From positions 384,001 to 448,000 of the forward strand of contig JAIBBX010000001.1 of the NCBI GenBank assembly GCA_019694475.1: a stretch of DNA of 64,000 nucleotides. The letters are read 5' to 3'. Positions 17,930-27,491 of this stretch are shown piece by piece. The position numbers and the translations under genes are program-made. The first letter of the stretch is position 1. Each line of letters opens with the position of its first letter. The DNA is from Parachlamydiales bacterium (lineage in GTDB: Bacteria; Chlamydiota; Chlamydiia; Chlamydiales; SM23-39). The notes beneath the pieces are model-generated. The model worked only from the letters and a program-made list of their open reading frames with translations. It had not been told where the DNA came from and searched no databases.

Positions 17930-19783
17930 ATGGATAAACGTACCATTCTATTTATGCTCTGTGTCAGCGTCGCCTTCTTCGGCGTGCAATACTTTTTCAA
18001 CCCCAAAGAAGCCCCTAAACAAGCGGTTCAACAAGAAAAGGTCGTCCAGGCAGAACCTCCCAAACCTTTGATTGCCCAAAGTACATCTTTCTCAACATCT
18101 GGAAACGAAACATTTTATGTGCTTGAAAACGAATATCAGCAGCTCGTTTTCTCTAGCCGCGGCGGAAGCTTAGCGGAAATCAACTTGCCGCTAGTAAGCA
18201 CAAGCCCGAATAGCTATGTAAATGAAATCGATTTCGATAGAGAGATTGTGCGCAACTCCCCTCAAAATGCTAGATTCCCTCTCAATGCTTACCAAACCCC
18301 TGGCGGCGGAAGCGTAACGGAAGGAAAACTCGGCGGCTACTATCCTCTGCTTCGACGCGGGATCAACGGGAATAGCCTCCCCGCTGAATACTATGCCCTG
18401 AACGTAGTGGGAGACGACCCAAACATCGCGAATGCAAATTATCGGGTGACCCGGTTTGAACCCAATTTGATCGAGTTCCAAGGCTCAGTCGGCCAGGCTC
18501 AAATTACAAAAACATATTCGATCCCAGCCGAGCGAAATGGACCTTACTGCTTCAATTTGGATATTCGGGTCGATGGCGATGCAAGAGGTCTTTGGCTCTC
18601 CTCAGGTGTGCCTGATGTTGAAATCGTGAGCAATTCCTACAGCCCGATTTTGCGCATCCAGGTAACCAAGAATAAATCTTCCGATGTAGACACAATCGAT
18701 CTCCCCAAAAAAGGGCCGATCCAAACGATGAATATTTCCCCCAATTGGATCAGCAACTGCAACGGCTTTTTGGGAATCATCATGGATCCGCTAGATCCAG
18801 TAAGTCCAGGATACAAAACCACCCAAATCGATGGGACATTGGCGCCAACCCGCCTGACCCTGATCGACCCAGGATACAGTTTATTTAAAGCGGCCGATTA
18901 TCCAGGCTATGCGACCTATCTGCCATTAAAGAGCGGAGTTACTCCTTTCAGAATCATGGCAGGGCCTTATGATACTTCTCTTCTGAAGGAATTGGATGCG
19001 CTTTATGATGAACCGCTCAAAAACTATAATCCAGAATACACTGCCGCTTTGAGCATTCAGGGCTGGTTCTCTTTCATTTCTCAGCCTTTCTCAAAATTCC
19101 TCTTTTGGCTGATGGAAATCTTTTACACCATCACACGTTCATGGGCGATGTCGATCGTACTCCTTACGATTGCATTGAGAGCCATGATGTATCCTTTGAA
19201 TAACTGGTCGATCCGCTCTTCAATCAAAATGCAAGAGATCGCCCCAAAAGTGAAATCGATTCAAGAAAAATACAAAAAAGATCCAAGAAAAGCTCAAATG
19301 GAAGTGATGAACCTGTATCGCGAATCAGGCATTAATCCGCTCACTGGGTGCTTCCCCGTGCTGCTCCAAATGCCTTTCTTGATCGGAATGTTTTATCTCT
19401 TGAAGTCGAGCTTCCCTCTTCGTGGCGCAATATTCATTCCTGGATGGATCGATGACCTTTCCGCTCCAGACATCTTGTTCACCTGGGGACAGCCCATTTG
19501 GTTTATCGGCAATGAGTTCCACTTGCTTCCTATTTTGATGGGCCTGTCGATGTTCCTGCAGCAGAAATTCACTTCTAAATTGCCAAAAGACCCCAGCAAG
19601 CTGTCTGAAACACAAAAGCAGCAAAAAATGATGGGGAACATGATGGCTGTATTATTCACCGTGATGTTCTATAACTTCCCCTCGGGGCTCAACATCTACT
19701 TCATGCTCTCGACGCTGCTTGGAATTGCTCAGCAGGTTTGGATGACAAAAAAAATGCAGGCTACAGCTCCCAAAAAGGCATGA
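17930..19783 (+). CDS. yidC: membrane protein insertase YidC
   Basis: N-terminal TM, large periplasmic domain, and C-terminal Oxa1 core MYPLNNWSIRSSIKMQEIAPKVKSIQEKYKKDP...GINPLTGCFPVLLQMPF. Start moved to ATG 17930 (GAGAGG upstream) from the TTG at 17852. Confidence 0.9.
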   Translation: MDKRTILFMLCVSVAFFGVQYFFNPKEAPKQAVQQEKVVQAEPPKPLIAQSTSFSTSGNETFYVLENEYQQLVFSSRGGSLAEINLPLVSTSPNSYVNEIDFDREIVRNSPQNARFPLNAYQTPGGGSVTEGKLGGYYPLLRRGINGNSLPAEYYALNVVGDDPNIANANYRVTRFEPNLIEFQGSVGQAQITKTYSIPAERNGPYCFNLDIRVDGDARGLWLSSGVPDVEIVSNSYSPILRIQVTKNKSSDVDTIDLPKKGPIQTMNISPNWISNCNGFLGIIMDPLDPVSPGYKTTQIDGTLAPTRLTLIDPGYSLFKAADYPGYATYLPLKSGVTPFRIMAGPYDTSLLKELDALYDEPLKNYNPEYTAALSIQGWFSFISQPFSKFLFWLMEIFYTITRSWAMSIVLLTIALRAMMYPLNNWSIRSSIKMQEIAPKVKSIQEKYKKDPRKAQMEVMNLYRESGINPLTGCFPVLLQMPFLIGMFYLLKSSFPLRGAIFIPGWIDDLSAPDILFTWGQPIWFIGNEFHLLPILMGLSMFLQQKFTSKLPKDPSKLSETQKQQKMMGNMMAVLFTVMFYNFPSGLNIYFMLSTLLGIAQQVWMTKKMQATAPKKA

Positions 19784-21003
19784 AAGAATGGAATGAATTT
19801 CTTTCTGAGCTAGAACATGAATTGGGATCCGAAATGGTGCAAAAATGGATCCCAAAACTCATCCGCTTTGATGCAGCGAATGTCTACCTAGAAGCAGAAG
19901 ATTCATTCCAAGTTAGCTGGTTTGAAGAGCATGTCCGCCCTAAATTGAAAGGGTTTGTAAACGTCAATCACCGCCCCATCAAGGTGCATCTCGCAGCAGA
20001 AAAGAAAGCCAAAGAAAAGAAAGACGAACAGCTTCTTTCTTTCAACCCAGACCCTCTCGATCCTGAAATGTCTTTGGACCATTTCATCCCTTCGGAAAAA
20101 AATCGGATAGCTTATCAGCTTCTCAAAGAACCGATTCAGTTCAATCCAATCTACATATATGGCCCTAAAGGGGCTGGGAAAACGCATCTTTTGATGGGCG
20201 CAGCCCTCCATTTGCAAAAGATGGGAAAACGGGTCTTCTTCGTTCGAGCAGAAAAATTTACAGAACATGTCGTTCAAGCCATCCGCCTCGGCCAGATGCA
20301 ATTTTTCCGAAAAATATACCGAGATATCGATGCGTTAATCATCGACGACATCCACATATTTTCTAAAAAAGCAGCGACTCAGGAAGAATTTTTCCATACA
20401 TTCAACACCCTTCATACACAAGGAAGGCCGATCTTGATTGGCGCAAATTGCGCTCCTTCTCAACTGCAAGAAGTGGAAGCGCGTCTCATCAGCCGTTTTG
20501 AATGGGGAATTTCGCTTGAAGTGGGAAAAAGCGACGGAGCCGCGATCATACGCAAGAAGGCGCAGCTGTGGAAATTGGCTCTCTCTGATGATTTGGTGTT
20601 ATGGCTGACAGAAAAGTTCCCAAACGACCCCGTCCTCGCTTTACAAGCCTTGTTGCTCCGTTCAAAAGGGGCAAGCATTAGCATCCAAATCGCGGAAAGA
20701 GTTCTCAAAGACCTTCTTGAAAAAGCGGCGGAAAATGCGCTCACTTTTGAAAAAATCGTAAAGGGCGTTGCTGCCCATTACGGCATTACCTCGGAAGACA
20801 TTTTAGGAAAATCGCAAATGCGCTCTGTTGCGCAGCCAAGACAAATTGCGATGTATTATTGCCGGGAAAAATTAAAACTCCCCTTCCAAAAAATCGGAGA
20901 ACTTTTCGGCAGAGATCACTCGACAGTCATGAGCAGCATTAAGCAGATTCAAAAAGGAGTAGATGAAAAAACGATCGATCCTATAGAATTTGCCGTTCAA
21001 TAA
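19780..21003 (+). CDS. dnaA: chromosomal replication initiator DnaA
   Basis: Walker A IYGPKGAGKTHLL, IIDDIHIF, and C-terminal DNA-binding region RQIAMYYCRE...GRDHSTVMSSIKQI. ATGA overlap with the yidC stop. Confidence 0.9.
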   Translation: MKEWNEFLSELEHELGSEMVQKWIPKLIRFDAANVYLEAEDSFQVSWFEEHVRPKLKGFVNVNHRPIKVHLAAEKKAKEKKDEQLLSFNPDPLDPEMSLDHFIPSEKNRIAYQLLKEPIQFNPIYIYGPKGAGKTHLLMGAALHLQKMGKRVFFVRAEKFTEHVVQAIRLGQMQFFRKIYRDIDALIIDDIHIFSKKAATQEEFFHTFNTLHTQGRPILIGANCAPSQLQEVEARLISRFEWGISLEVGKSDGAAIIRKKAQLWKLALSDDLVLWLTEKFPNDPVLALQALLLRSKGASISIQIAERVLKDLLEKAAENALTFEKIVKGVAAHYGITSEDILGKSQMRSVAQPRQIAMYYCREKLKLPFQKIGELFGRDHSTVMSSIKQIQKGVDEKTIDPIEFAVQ

Positions 21004-21028
21004 ATTTCTTTACAGTGGGAGGAATGGT

Positions 21029-22357
21029 ATGAATCCCATTCCAAATCTCCTCTCTGCAAAAACCATAAAGCCATCTCAAAAAGACGACGAACTATTTCTC
21101 ATCGCTTTCAATGAATTTGAACACCCAAAATATCATGTAAGAGTTCAAAAAAGCGCCCCCTTCTTCAAATTTCGATATTCAGAATTGCAAGTTATATTGG
21201 ATGACAAAGTGACATCTCTTTGGATTTCAAATGCCGACCTGATTGGAAAATTTATGTCTCTAACGTTCGAGGTCGAAAAAGTGATATCCCGTTTTCCTCG
21301 ATTCATGGCAACTCTTTTAAAAGATTCAATTTCTCGATGCACCGAAGAGGCCATTTCCGAAGAATCGATCTATCAAACCTTAGTCGTAGCCAATCGTCAT
21401 CTGTATGACGAGCAAATGAGTTGTTACAAAAAACGAGAAGCGGTGCGGACTTTCCTTGCGGGCCAAGGAAGATCTTATCTTCTTTTTACAAGACACCAAA
21501 AAAAGGGGGATCGCATCATTGGAGGCGGAGCAACAAAAACAGGAAAATTGGGTATCAATCTGCAATCAGGTCAGTTCCATGCTTTGCTCGTTTGCCGAAA
21601 AGCCTATTTATCCCACGAATCCGAATGGAATCAAGTCCTCAATGAAGTGGAAATTTTAAAAGAGCTAAGAGGTACTCCGGGAGTTTTACAACTTTATGAT
21701 TCTGTTGCAACTCCCGAAAAGATTTACATGGTTACGGAGTTTTTCAACCGTGGCGATCTGGAAAAAGTTTTTCTTTCAAAAACATTTTTATCTTTGGGTG
21801 ATAAACTCTCCATCGCCTTCCAAATCACGCTAGGGCTTTGGAATATGCATGTAGTCTCAATCGTACATCGCGATTTAAAACCCCCTAATATTTTACTCTC
21901 CATCACATACCGAACAATCAAAGCTGTTATTGGAGATTTTGGCAGTGCCTGCAAAACAAATCATCTCGCAATGGCGCAAACAGTCACAGGTTCTGTAGCT
22001 TACATGGCTCCTGAAAAAGTCAAAGCTCTTGGAACCGATGAATGGGCGGCTACATCGACTCCGGAAGCTGATGTTTGGGCGCTGGGATTGATCTTTTTCT
22101 CGCTTTTCCATGAGAAAATGGGAACTCTAATGTCTTTTCAAATCGAAGACGATCTCGAATCAGCCATCAAGAACCTGAAAAATGAATCGATCGAAAAAGA
22201 GCTCGATGCATCAGGGATACATGCTCCTATCGCTTCTCTTTTAAAGATGATGCTTCAAATCGATCCAAAGGAGAGAATTCCCCCTAAAACGATCTTTAAG
22301 TTGCTAGGTTCTGCTCAAGTAGAATTGCCCCCGGAGCTCGGGGGCTTGAAAGATTAG
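21029..22357 (+). CDS. Hanks-type Ser/Thr protein kinase with about 190-aa unassigned N-terminal region
   Basis: HRDLKPPNILL, DFGSA and AYMAPE. Start chosen at ATG 21029, with GGGAGG 8 nt upstream. Confidence 0.8.
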   Translation: MNPIPNLLSAKTIKPSQKDDELFLIAFNEFEHPKYHVRVQKSAPFFKFRYSELQVILDDKVTSLWISNADLIGKFMSLTFEVEKVISRFPRFMATLLKDSISRCTEEAISEESIYQTLVVANRHLYDEQMSCYKKREAVRTFLAGQGRSYLLFTRHQKKGDRIIGGGATKTGKLGINLQSGQFHALLVCRKAYLSHESEWNQVLNEVEILKELRGTPGVLQLYDSVATPEKIYMVTEFFNRGDLEKVFLSKTFLSLGDKLSIAFQITLGLWNMHVVSIVHRDLKPPNILLSITYRTIKAVIGDFGSACKTNHLAMAQTVTGSVAYMAPEKVKALGTDEWAATSTPEADVWALGLIFFSLFHEKMGTLMSFQIEDDLESAIKNLKNESIEKELDASGIHAPIASLLKMMLQIDPKERIPPKTIFKLLGSAQVELPPELGGLKD

Positions 22358-22872
22358 ATTTTGATGTAGCGTTCGCCTGGTTTCGCTCCGCCGCCAAACG
22401 TTGCCGCTTGATCTGGAGGAGGTACTGGGAACTGGAATGGACCTGGTTCTTCGCCGGCAATGATCTTGCTAACGATTTCACGCCATTTTTCTACAGTCTC
22501 AACAAAGAGAGGCGCAAATCTGCGAAGAGCTGCAGCATCAACGCCGAGTCCCATATCAATGACGCAGTGCATCAGGATCAATTCTTCTTTCGGAGCGACC
22601 CCAATTCCGCCGCCTGCCATTTGACCGCCGAGCATAGAGCCTTCGAGAAGTCTCTCAAACAGTTTCAGCCGGATTTTGTCATCTTTGGGAAGTCCGTCGA
22701 GAATTGGCGAATAGAGGTAGAGACGATCTGAATTCGGCTCATAAGTAATGTGAAGCGAAAAAGTGTTGTCGATCCCGAGAATACAGGTGTTGTTTTCGTC
22801 GAAATCTAAACCCTCCAGGTTTAGCTCCTTGCCAAACTCCCTAAGGTTCGCTTTGGCGTTTTCATAGGACAT
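22354..22872 (-). CDS. CesT-family type III secretion chaperone (Slc1/CT043-like)
   Basis: N-terminal pattern NLREFGKELNLEGLDFDENNTCILGIDNTFSLHITYEPNSDRLYLYSPIL, then LLEGSMLGGQMAGGGIGV and LILMHCV. This closely resembles my recollection of chlamydial Slc1. It is adjacent to glgX, as in Chlamydia. Confidence 0.75.
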   Translation of the reverse strand: MSYENAKANLREFGKELNLEGLDFDENNTCILGIDNTFSLHITYEPNSDRLYLYSPILDGLPKDDKIRLKLFERLLEGSMLGGQMAGGGIGVAPKEELILMHCVIDMGLGVDAAALRRFAPLFVETVEKWREIVSKIIAGEEPGPFQFPVPPPDQAATFGGGAKPGERYIKI

Positions 22873-22916
22873 TGGGTTCCTCCTAATGGATTTATTTAAA
22901 ATTGGTCAAAATACCT

Positions 22917-23092
22917 AAGAGACATTCTCTGATTTAAGCTTCTGTCGATTTTCGGGTTCTTTTGAGCCGATTTTCGATTAAACATTGAGGGGTAATATCA
23001 ACTTCCCGCATATGACCCCCCAATGTTTAATCGAAAATCGGCCAAAATAAGTCCGAAAATCGACGAAGCCTTAATTCAGAGACTGTCTCTAA
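22917..23092. repeat. about 175-bp imperfect palindromic repeat, family B, single copy in window
   Basis: agagacattctctgatttaagcttctgtcgattttcgg...attaaacattgagggg pairs with ccccccaatgtttaat...ccgaaaatcgacgaagccttaattcagagactgtctct. Each arm contains the internal cgattttcg motif twice. Confidence 0.85.
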
Positions 23093-23260
23093 AGAGCAGA
23101 AACTTTTATAAATCTTTACAGCCCTTAGCTGCAAGCGAATTCTTCAGAAATCGAAAAATACGCCCCATTTTCCGCTCAGACAGGTTTTTGGGTAATAATA
23201 TTTTAGTTGAAACTAAACTAAATTTCAAGCTTAAAGAATGTTAAACAGGTAAATAAATAT

Positions 23261-25129
23261 TTGAAAATCTGCACTGGCGTTCCAGATCCGCTTGGCTTTT
23301 CAATCCAGAATGGGGCCGCGAATTTCGCTCTTTTCTCAGCGCATGCTGAAAAAGTCTTCTTAGGCCTTTTCCAAAATGACAATCCCATTAAAGAGATTCC
23401 GATGGAACGCACAAAAGACATCTGGCATATCGGGATCTTCGATTTTCCTGAAAACGTCGAATATGCCTATCGCTGCGAGGGCCCCAAAGACCATTTATAT
23501 AAGTCCGATGCCTGGCTAATCGATCCTTACGCCAAAATCGTCCGTTCCGGAAGAGCTGCTGCAGCCCTTCCTGCCCCATTTGACTGGGGCGGAGATAAGC
23601 CGCCAGGCATTCCCAAAGAGGAGCTGATTATCTATGAAATGCACGTACGGGGCTTTACCAAAGATCCATCGAGCAACGCATCTCATTCAGGCTCATATCT
23701 GGGTATTATTGAAAAAATCCCTCATTTAAAAAAGCTAGGAATCAATGCAGTCGAACTGATGCCGATTTTCGGCTTCGATCAAAACTACACCAAAAAGATC
23801 AATCCGAAAACCGGCCAAAAACTGGTCAACTATTGGGGATATAATCCCCTCCATTTTTTCTCACCCATGGGCTGGTACGCAGAAAAAGATCCTATCCTCG
23901 AATTCAAAACCCTCGTTCGAGAACTGCATAAAAATGGGATCGAAGTGATCCTCGATGTCGTCTATAATCATACTGGCGAAGAAAATGATCTTTCCTACTA
24001 CGTTCATTTCCGGGGCATCGACAATTGCGTCTATTATCTCTTATCTGCCGATGGGCAATACCTCAATTACACCGGCTGTTGGAACACAGTGAATGCGAAC
24101 CATCCAGCGGTCACTAAATTCATTCTCGACTCTCTCCAGTTTTGGGTAGAAGAGATGCATGTCGATGGATTCCGGTTTGATCTCGCCTCAATCCTCACCC
24201 GAGATCCGATGGGAATCCCCCTCTCCCACCCGCCTCTTTTAGACCGCATCGCAAAAGACCCTGTCATCAGCAAGGTCAAATTGATCGCTGAGGCGTGGGA
24301 TGCAGCTGGCCTCTACCAGCTCGGTTCATTTCCAAAGTGGGGCCCATGGTCAGAATGGAACGGAAGATATCGCGATACGGTGCGCAGATTTTTAAAGGGC
24401 GACGCCGAACAGGCAGGGAATTTTGCCAGCGTTTTATGCGGCAGCGAAATGATTTACGCCTCTTCAAAAACGCCTCTATCTAGCATCAATTTCTTTGCCG
24501 TGCATGATGGATTCAGCCTCTATGATCTTGTCACCTATGAAACCAAGATGAACATCGAAAATGGGGAAAACAATCAAGATGGCAATGATCAGAATGACAA
24601 CTGGAATTGCGGCGTGGAAGGAGAAACGACCGATCCTGCCGTCAATGCCCTTCGCGAAAGACAGATGCGCAATTTCTTTCTAGCTCTCTTTCTCTCCCAA
24701 GGAATACCGATGTTCCATATGGGCGATGAATATGGCCATACCAGGAAAGGAAATAACAATCCTTATGGCCAGGACAATGAAATTAACTGGTTTCTTTGGA
24801 ATAAACTCGACGAGAAAAAACTAAACTTTATTTCTTCCTTAATCGCCTTTCGAAAAGCGCATGAGCAGCTAAAGCACACAAAGTTCTTAGTCGACGAAGA
24901 GGTAAACTGGTTTACCGATTGGGATTCTCGTTTGGTAGCCTATCAGCTCAAAAACATTTATATCGCTTTCAATGCTAGTTCAGAGAAAACTCGGATCGTT
25001 CTCCCTAAAGGCAATTGGCGCACTGTGGTCAATACAGCAGACGATTGGCTATTTCAAACAAACGGCCCTCTTCTAACCTCTCTTGACCTCCTCCCCTACT
25101 CGGCGCTGCTCGCAAAAATGCAAGAATAA
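23261..25129 (+). CDS. glgX: glycogen debranching enzyme GlgX (GH13)
   Basis: GH13 motifs DVVYNHT, GFRFDLASIL, EAWD and FFAVHDGF. Apparent TTG start. Confidence 0.88.
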   Translation: MKICTGVPDPLGFSIQNGAANFALFSAHAEKVFLGLFQNDNPIKEIPMERTKDIWHIGIFDFPENVEYAYRCEGPKDHLYKSDAWLIDPYAKIVRSGRAAAALPAPFDWGGDKPPGIPKEELIIYEMHVRGFTKDPSSNASHSGSYLGIIEKIPHLKKLGINAVELMPIFGFDQNYTKKINPKTGQKLVNYWGYNPLHFFSPMGWYAEKDPILEFKTLVRELHKNGIEVILDVVYNHTGEENDLSYYVHFRGIDNCVYYLLSADGQYLNYTGCWNTVNANHPAVTKFILDSLQFWVEEMHVDGFRFDLASILTRDPMGIPLSHPPLLDRIAKDPVISKVKLIAEAWDAAGLYQLGSFPKWGPWSEWNGRYRDTVRRFLKGDAEQAGNFASVLCGSEMIYASSKTPLSSINFFAVHDGFSLYDLVTYETKMNIENGENNQDGNDQNDNWNCGVEGETTDPAVNALRERQMRNFFLALFLSQGIPMFHMGDEYGHTRKGNNNPYGQDNEINWFLWNKLDEKKLNFISSLIAFRKAHEQLKHTKFLVDEEVNWFTDWDSRLVAYQLKNIYIAFNASSEKTRIVLPKGNWRTVVNTADDWLFQTNGPLLTSLDLLPYSALLAKMQE

Positions 25130-25186
25130 TCTTTTCCTTATTTTCTTTTCTTTGTATAGTTGGAATTTGTATTTCCGGAGGAACTC

Positions 25187-25819
25187 ATGCGAAGAATGTC
25201 GATACTTATTTTGGCTGCAGCAGCTGTTAGCTGCTCAAGAAACCAAACAGAAACGTTTAGCCGTTTTCATGAAGATGGAAGGGCAAAACCTACCGTCGCC
25301 ATTGCCTCAATGATCGACACCACTTCCTTCGACGCCTCTTGGAGCATTTCTGAGGAATTGACCAATGGCATCATGAGCCAAATCGCCTCAACGGGTGCGA
25401 TCTATGTTCATTCGCAAGAAGAGTCTCCTTTTACTGATAACCCATTCGGCGGCGATCTGACTTGGATGAAACGAGAATTTCAAGGCGAAGAATTTGTTGC
25501 ATTCCTAGAACTTGTTGAGCATGAATTTGCACCGGTGCGGACAAAAGGAGCATCTCTTCAAGAAGCTTCCTCTAATCTGAATATGGCTGTACGGATCCGC
25601 GTGATCGACCTAAGACCTGATAATCCAAGAATCGTGCTGCAGGAAATGATCCGCGATAGCTATTTCGTTCCAAAAACCCTCATACCTACAGATTATTCCG
25701 TCGATGTGTGGGGAACTGAAAATTTCCGGAAATCCCCAATGGGCGTTGCACACGCTGGCTTCATCAAAGAAATTGCAAGCCGGATCGCAGATTACGTCTT
25801 ATTGGCGAAAAGTAGATGA
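25187..25819 (+). CDS. putative lipoprotein (210 aa), function unknown
   Basis: MRRMSILILAAAAVSC signal with a lipobox-like AVSC. GGAGGA lies 4 nt upstream of ATG 25187. Confidence 0.6.
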   Translation: MRRMSILILAAAAVSCSRNQTETFSRFHEDGRAKPTVAIASMIDTTSFDASWSISEELTNGIMSQIASTGAIYVHSQEESPFTDNPFGGDLTWMKREFQGEEFVAFLELVEHEFAPVRTKGASLQEASSNLNMAVRIRVIDLRPDNPRIVLQEMIRDSYFVPKTLIPTDYSVDVWGTENFRKSPMGVAHAGFIKEIASRIADYVLLAKSR

Positions 25820-26670
25820 GTTCAGACATCAGCGCGACCATAGCATTTGGGATACTTGCCCTCATGCTCCTATTCATTGGAAGCCGAAGGGGGTTTTTTC
25901 AATTCGATCCCCCAGAATGGCAAGTGCCGATTACCCTTTTCCACCTGATCGGCGCCTTTGCGATTTATTTTCTGGTCAGTTCGTTGATCGTTAAAATATT
26001 CATCGTCTTTTTCCAAAAACAGCTCATGCTGAATTACATGGCCTATTCTAGCTGGATGAACTTCGGCCTCTCCTTTTTAATTTTTCTTTTCCTCGTCATT
26101 TATGTAGCTGTGCTCCCGAAAAGCGTTACGGGTCCTATGCTGCGGCGCCCGACAGATAAACATCCGTTAATCGACGATGTTTGGGCTGCCCTTTACGCCT
26201 GGATCATGGCCTTTCCTCTCGTTCTATTTTTAAGCCAAATTCTTGAATGGCTCGTCAGCAAAGTCTTCCACCTCACCACTGTTCCAGAACAAATTGCAGT
26301 GAAGTTTCTAAAGTCGACTTTTGATAACCCGGTATTTTTCGTCCTGGCTGTCATTTCGATCATTATTTTGGCCCCTCTTGTGGAAGAAACTCTTTTCAGA
26401 GGCTTTTTACAAACTTATATCCGGCAGCATTTAGGGCCCAGACAAGCAATTGTCATTACCTCTGCCTGCTTTTCTCTTTTTCACTACGCCCAAGGACAAG
26501 GATTCGGCAACATTTCGATCATCGTTTCACTTTTTGTACTCGCTCTTTTCCTCGGCTTTCTCTATGAAAAGCGAGGCTCGCTCTTAGCGCCGATGGTCCT
26601 TCACGGAACCTTCAATGCCATCAGCGTGATCAATCTCTATCTTTTTGGGGGCTTCACGAGCGGAATATGA
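25816..26670 (+). CDS. CPBP-family (CAAX) intramembrane glutamic endopeptidase
   Basis: Multi-TM protein with the three CPBP motifs PLVEETLFRGF, FSLFHY and MVLHGTFN. ATGA overlaps on both sides. Confidence 0.8.
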   Translation: MSSDISATIAFGILALMLLFIGSRRGFFQFDPPEWQVPITLFHLIGAFAIYFLVSSLIVKIFIVFFQKQLMLNYMAYSSWMNFGLSFLIFLFLVIYVAVLPKSVTGPMLRRPTDKHPLIDDVWAALYAWIMAFPLVLFLSQILEWLVSKVFHLTTVPEQIAVKFLKSTFDNPVFFVLAVISIIILAPLVEETLFRGFLQTYIRQHLGPRQAIVITSACFSLFHYAQGQGFGNISIIVSLFVLALFLGFLYEKRGSLLAPMVLHGTFNAISVINLYLFGGFTSGI

Positions 26671-27491
26671 AACTCTCGGTCTTCGGATTATCAGACATTG
26701 GGGTTTCTCGACCGAATAATGAAGATGTCTGGATTGCGATCCCGGAGATCGGTTTTTTTGCGCTTGCCGATGGAATGGGCGGCCACCAAGCGGGGGAAGT
26801 TGCAGCCAAAGAAGCGATTGATCATCTTTCGAATTCCGTAAAACAGATCGAATCGTGCGATCCTTTATCGAGAATGCTTGAGTTAAAAAGCGCGATTGAA
26901 AAAGCCAATGGCTGGGTCTATCAGCTGAGCAAGGAAGAAGAGACCTTGCATGGGATGGGGACAACTCTTTGCTGTCTGATTTGGGCTGAAGATGCAGTGA
27001 TTTACGCCCATGTAGGAGATAGCCGGATTTATCGATTCCGCAACCGAAAATTGGAACTCCTCACACAAGATCATTCTCTTTTTGCAAAATGGCTGAAAGC
27101 GGGAAAGCAATCCCACACGCCATTTCCCTATAAAAATGTGATTACCCGAGCTATTGGGACGGCTCCAAAAGCCAATCCTGAGGTAGCGATTTGCCGTCAT
27201 GAAGAAGGCGATCTCTATTTTCTCTGTACGGACGGGCTTACCGACGTTTTGACCCTTGATGATATAGAAAAAATTTTACACGAATCAGCTACTTTGGAAA
27301 TCGCTTCAAAAACCCTCATAGATAAGGCGAAATTTAAGGGCAGTTCTGATAATATCACCATCCTCATGGTGCAATGCGATGGAGATGGAAGAAAGAATCT
27401 ATTTAGACAACAACGCGACGACGCAGCTGGACCCGAGGGTATTCAAAGCGATGCTCTTGGATCTGAGCGGTCCCCCAGCGAATCCTTCTAG
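26667..27491 (+). CDS. PP2C-family Ser/Thr phosphatase
   Basis: RPNNEDVW, ALADGMGGHQAGEVAA, GMGTTLC, HVGDSRIY, LCTDGLTD and SDNITILMV. Its 3' tail overlaps the next gene by 113 nt. Confidence 0.85.
   Translation: MKLSVFGLSDIGVSRPNNEDVWIAIPEIGFFALADGMGGHQAGEVAAKEAIDHLSNSVKQIESCDPLSRMLELKSAIEKANGWVYQLSKEEETLHGMGTTLCCLIWAEDAVIYAHVGDSRIYRFRNRKLELLTQDHSLFAKWLKAGKQSHTPFPYKNVITRAIGTAPKANPEVAICRHEEGDLYFLCTDGLTDVLTLDDIEKILHESATLEIASKTLIDKAKFKGSSDNITILMVQCDGDGRKNLFRQQRDDAAGPEGIQSDALGSERSPSESF

Noticed and set aside
23023-23421. Small ORFs in the slc1-like/glgX spacer (23023-23244 plus strand, 23218-23421 minus strand)
   Set aside because: The first starts inside the right arm of palindrome B and has no RBS. 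The second is antisense to the glgX 5' end.
27379-27491. The 113-nt PP2C/nifS-like overlap, considered as evidence of a frameshifted fusion or sequencing error
   Set aside because: Both proteins have complete conserved cores: PP2C through SDNITILMV, and the desulfurase from IYLDNNATT. The overlap is explained by a non-conserved PP2C tail running on until the next stop.
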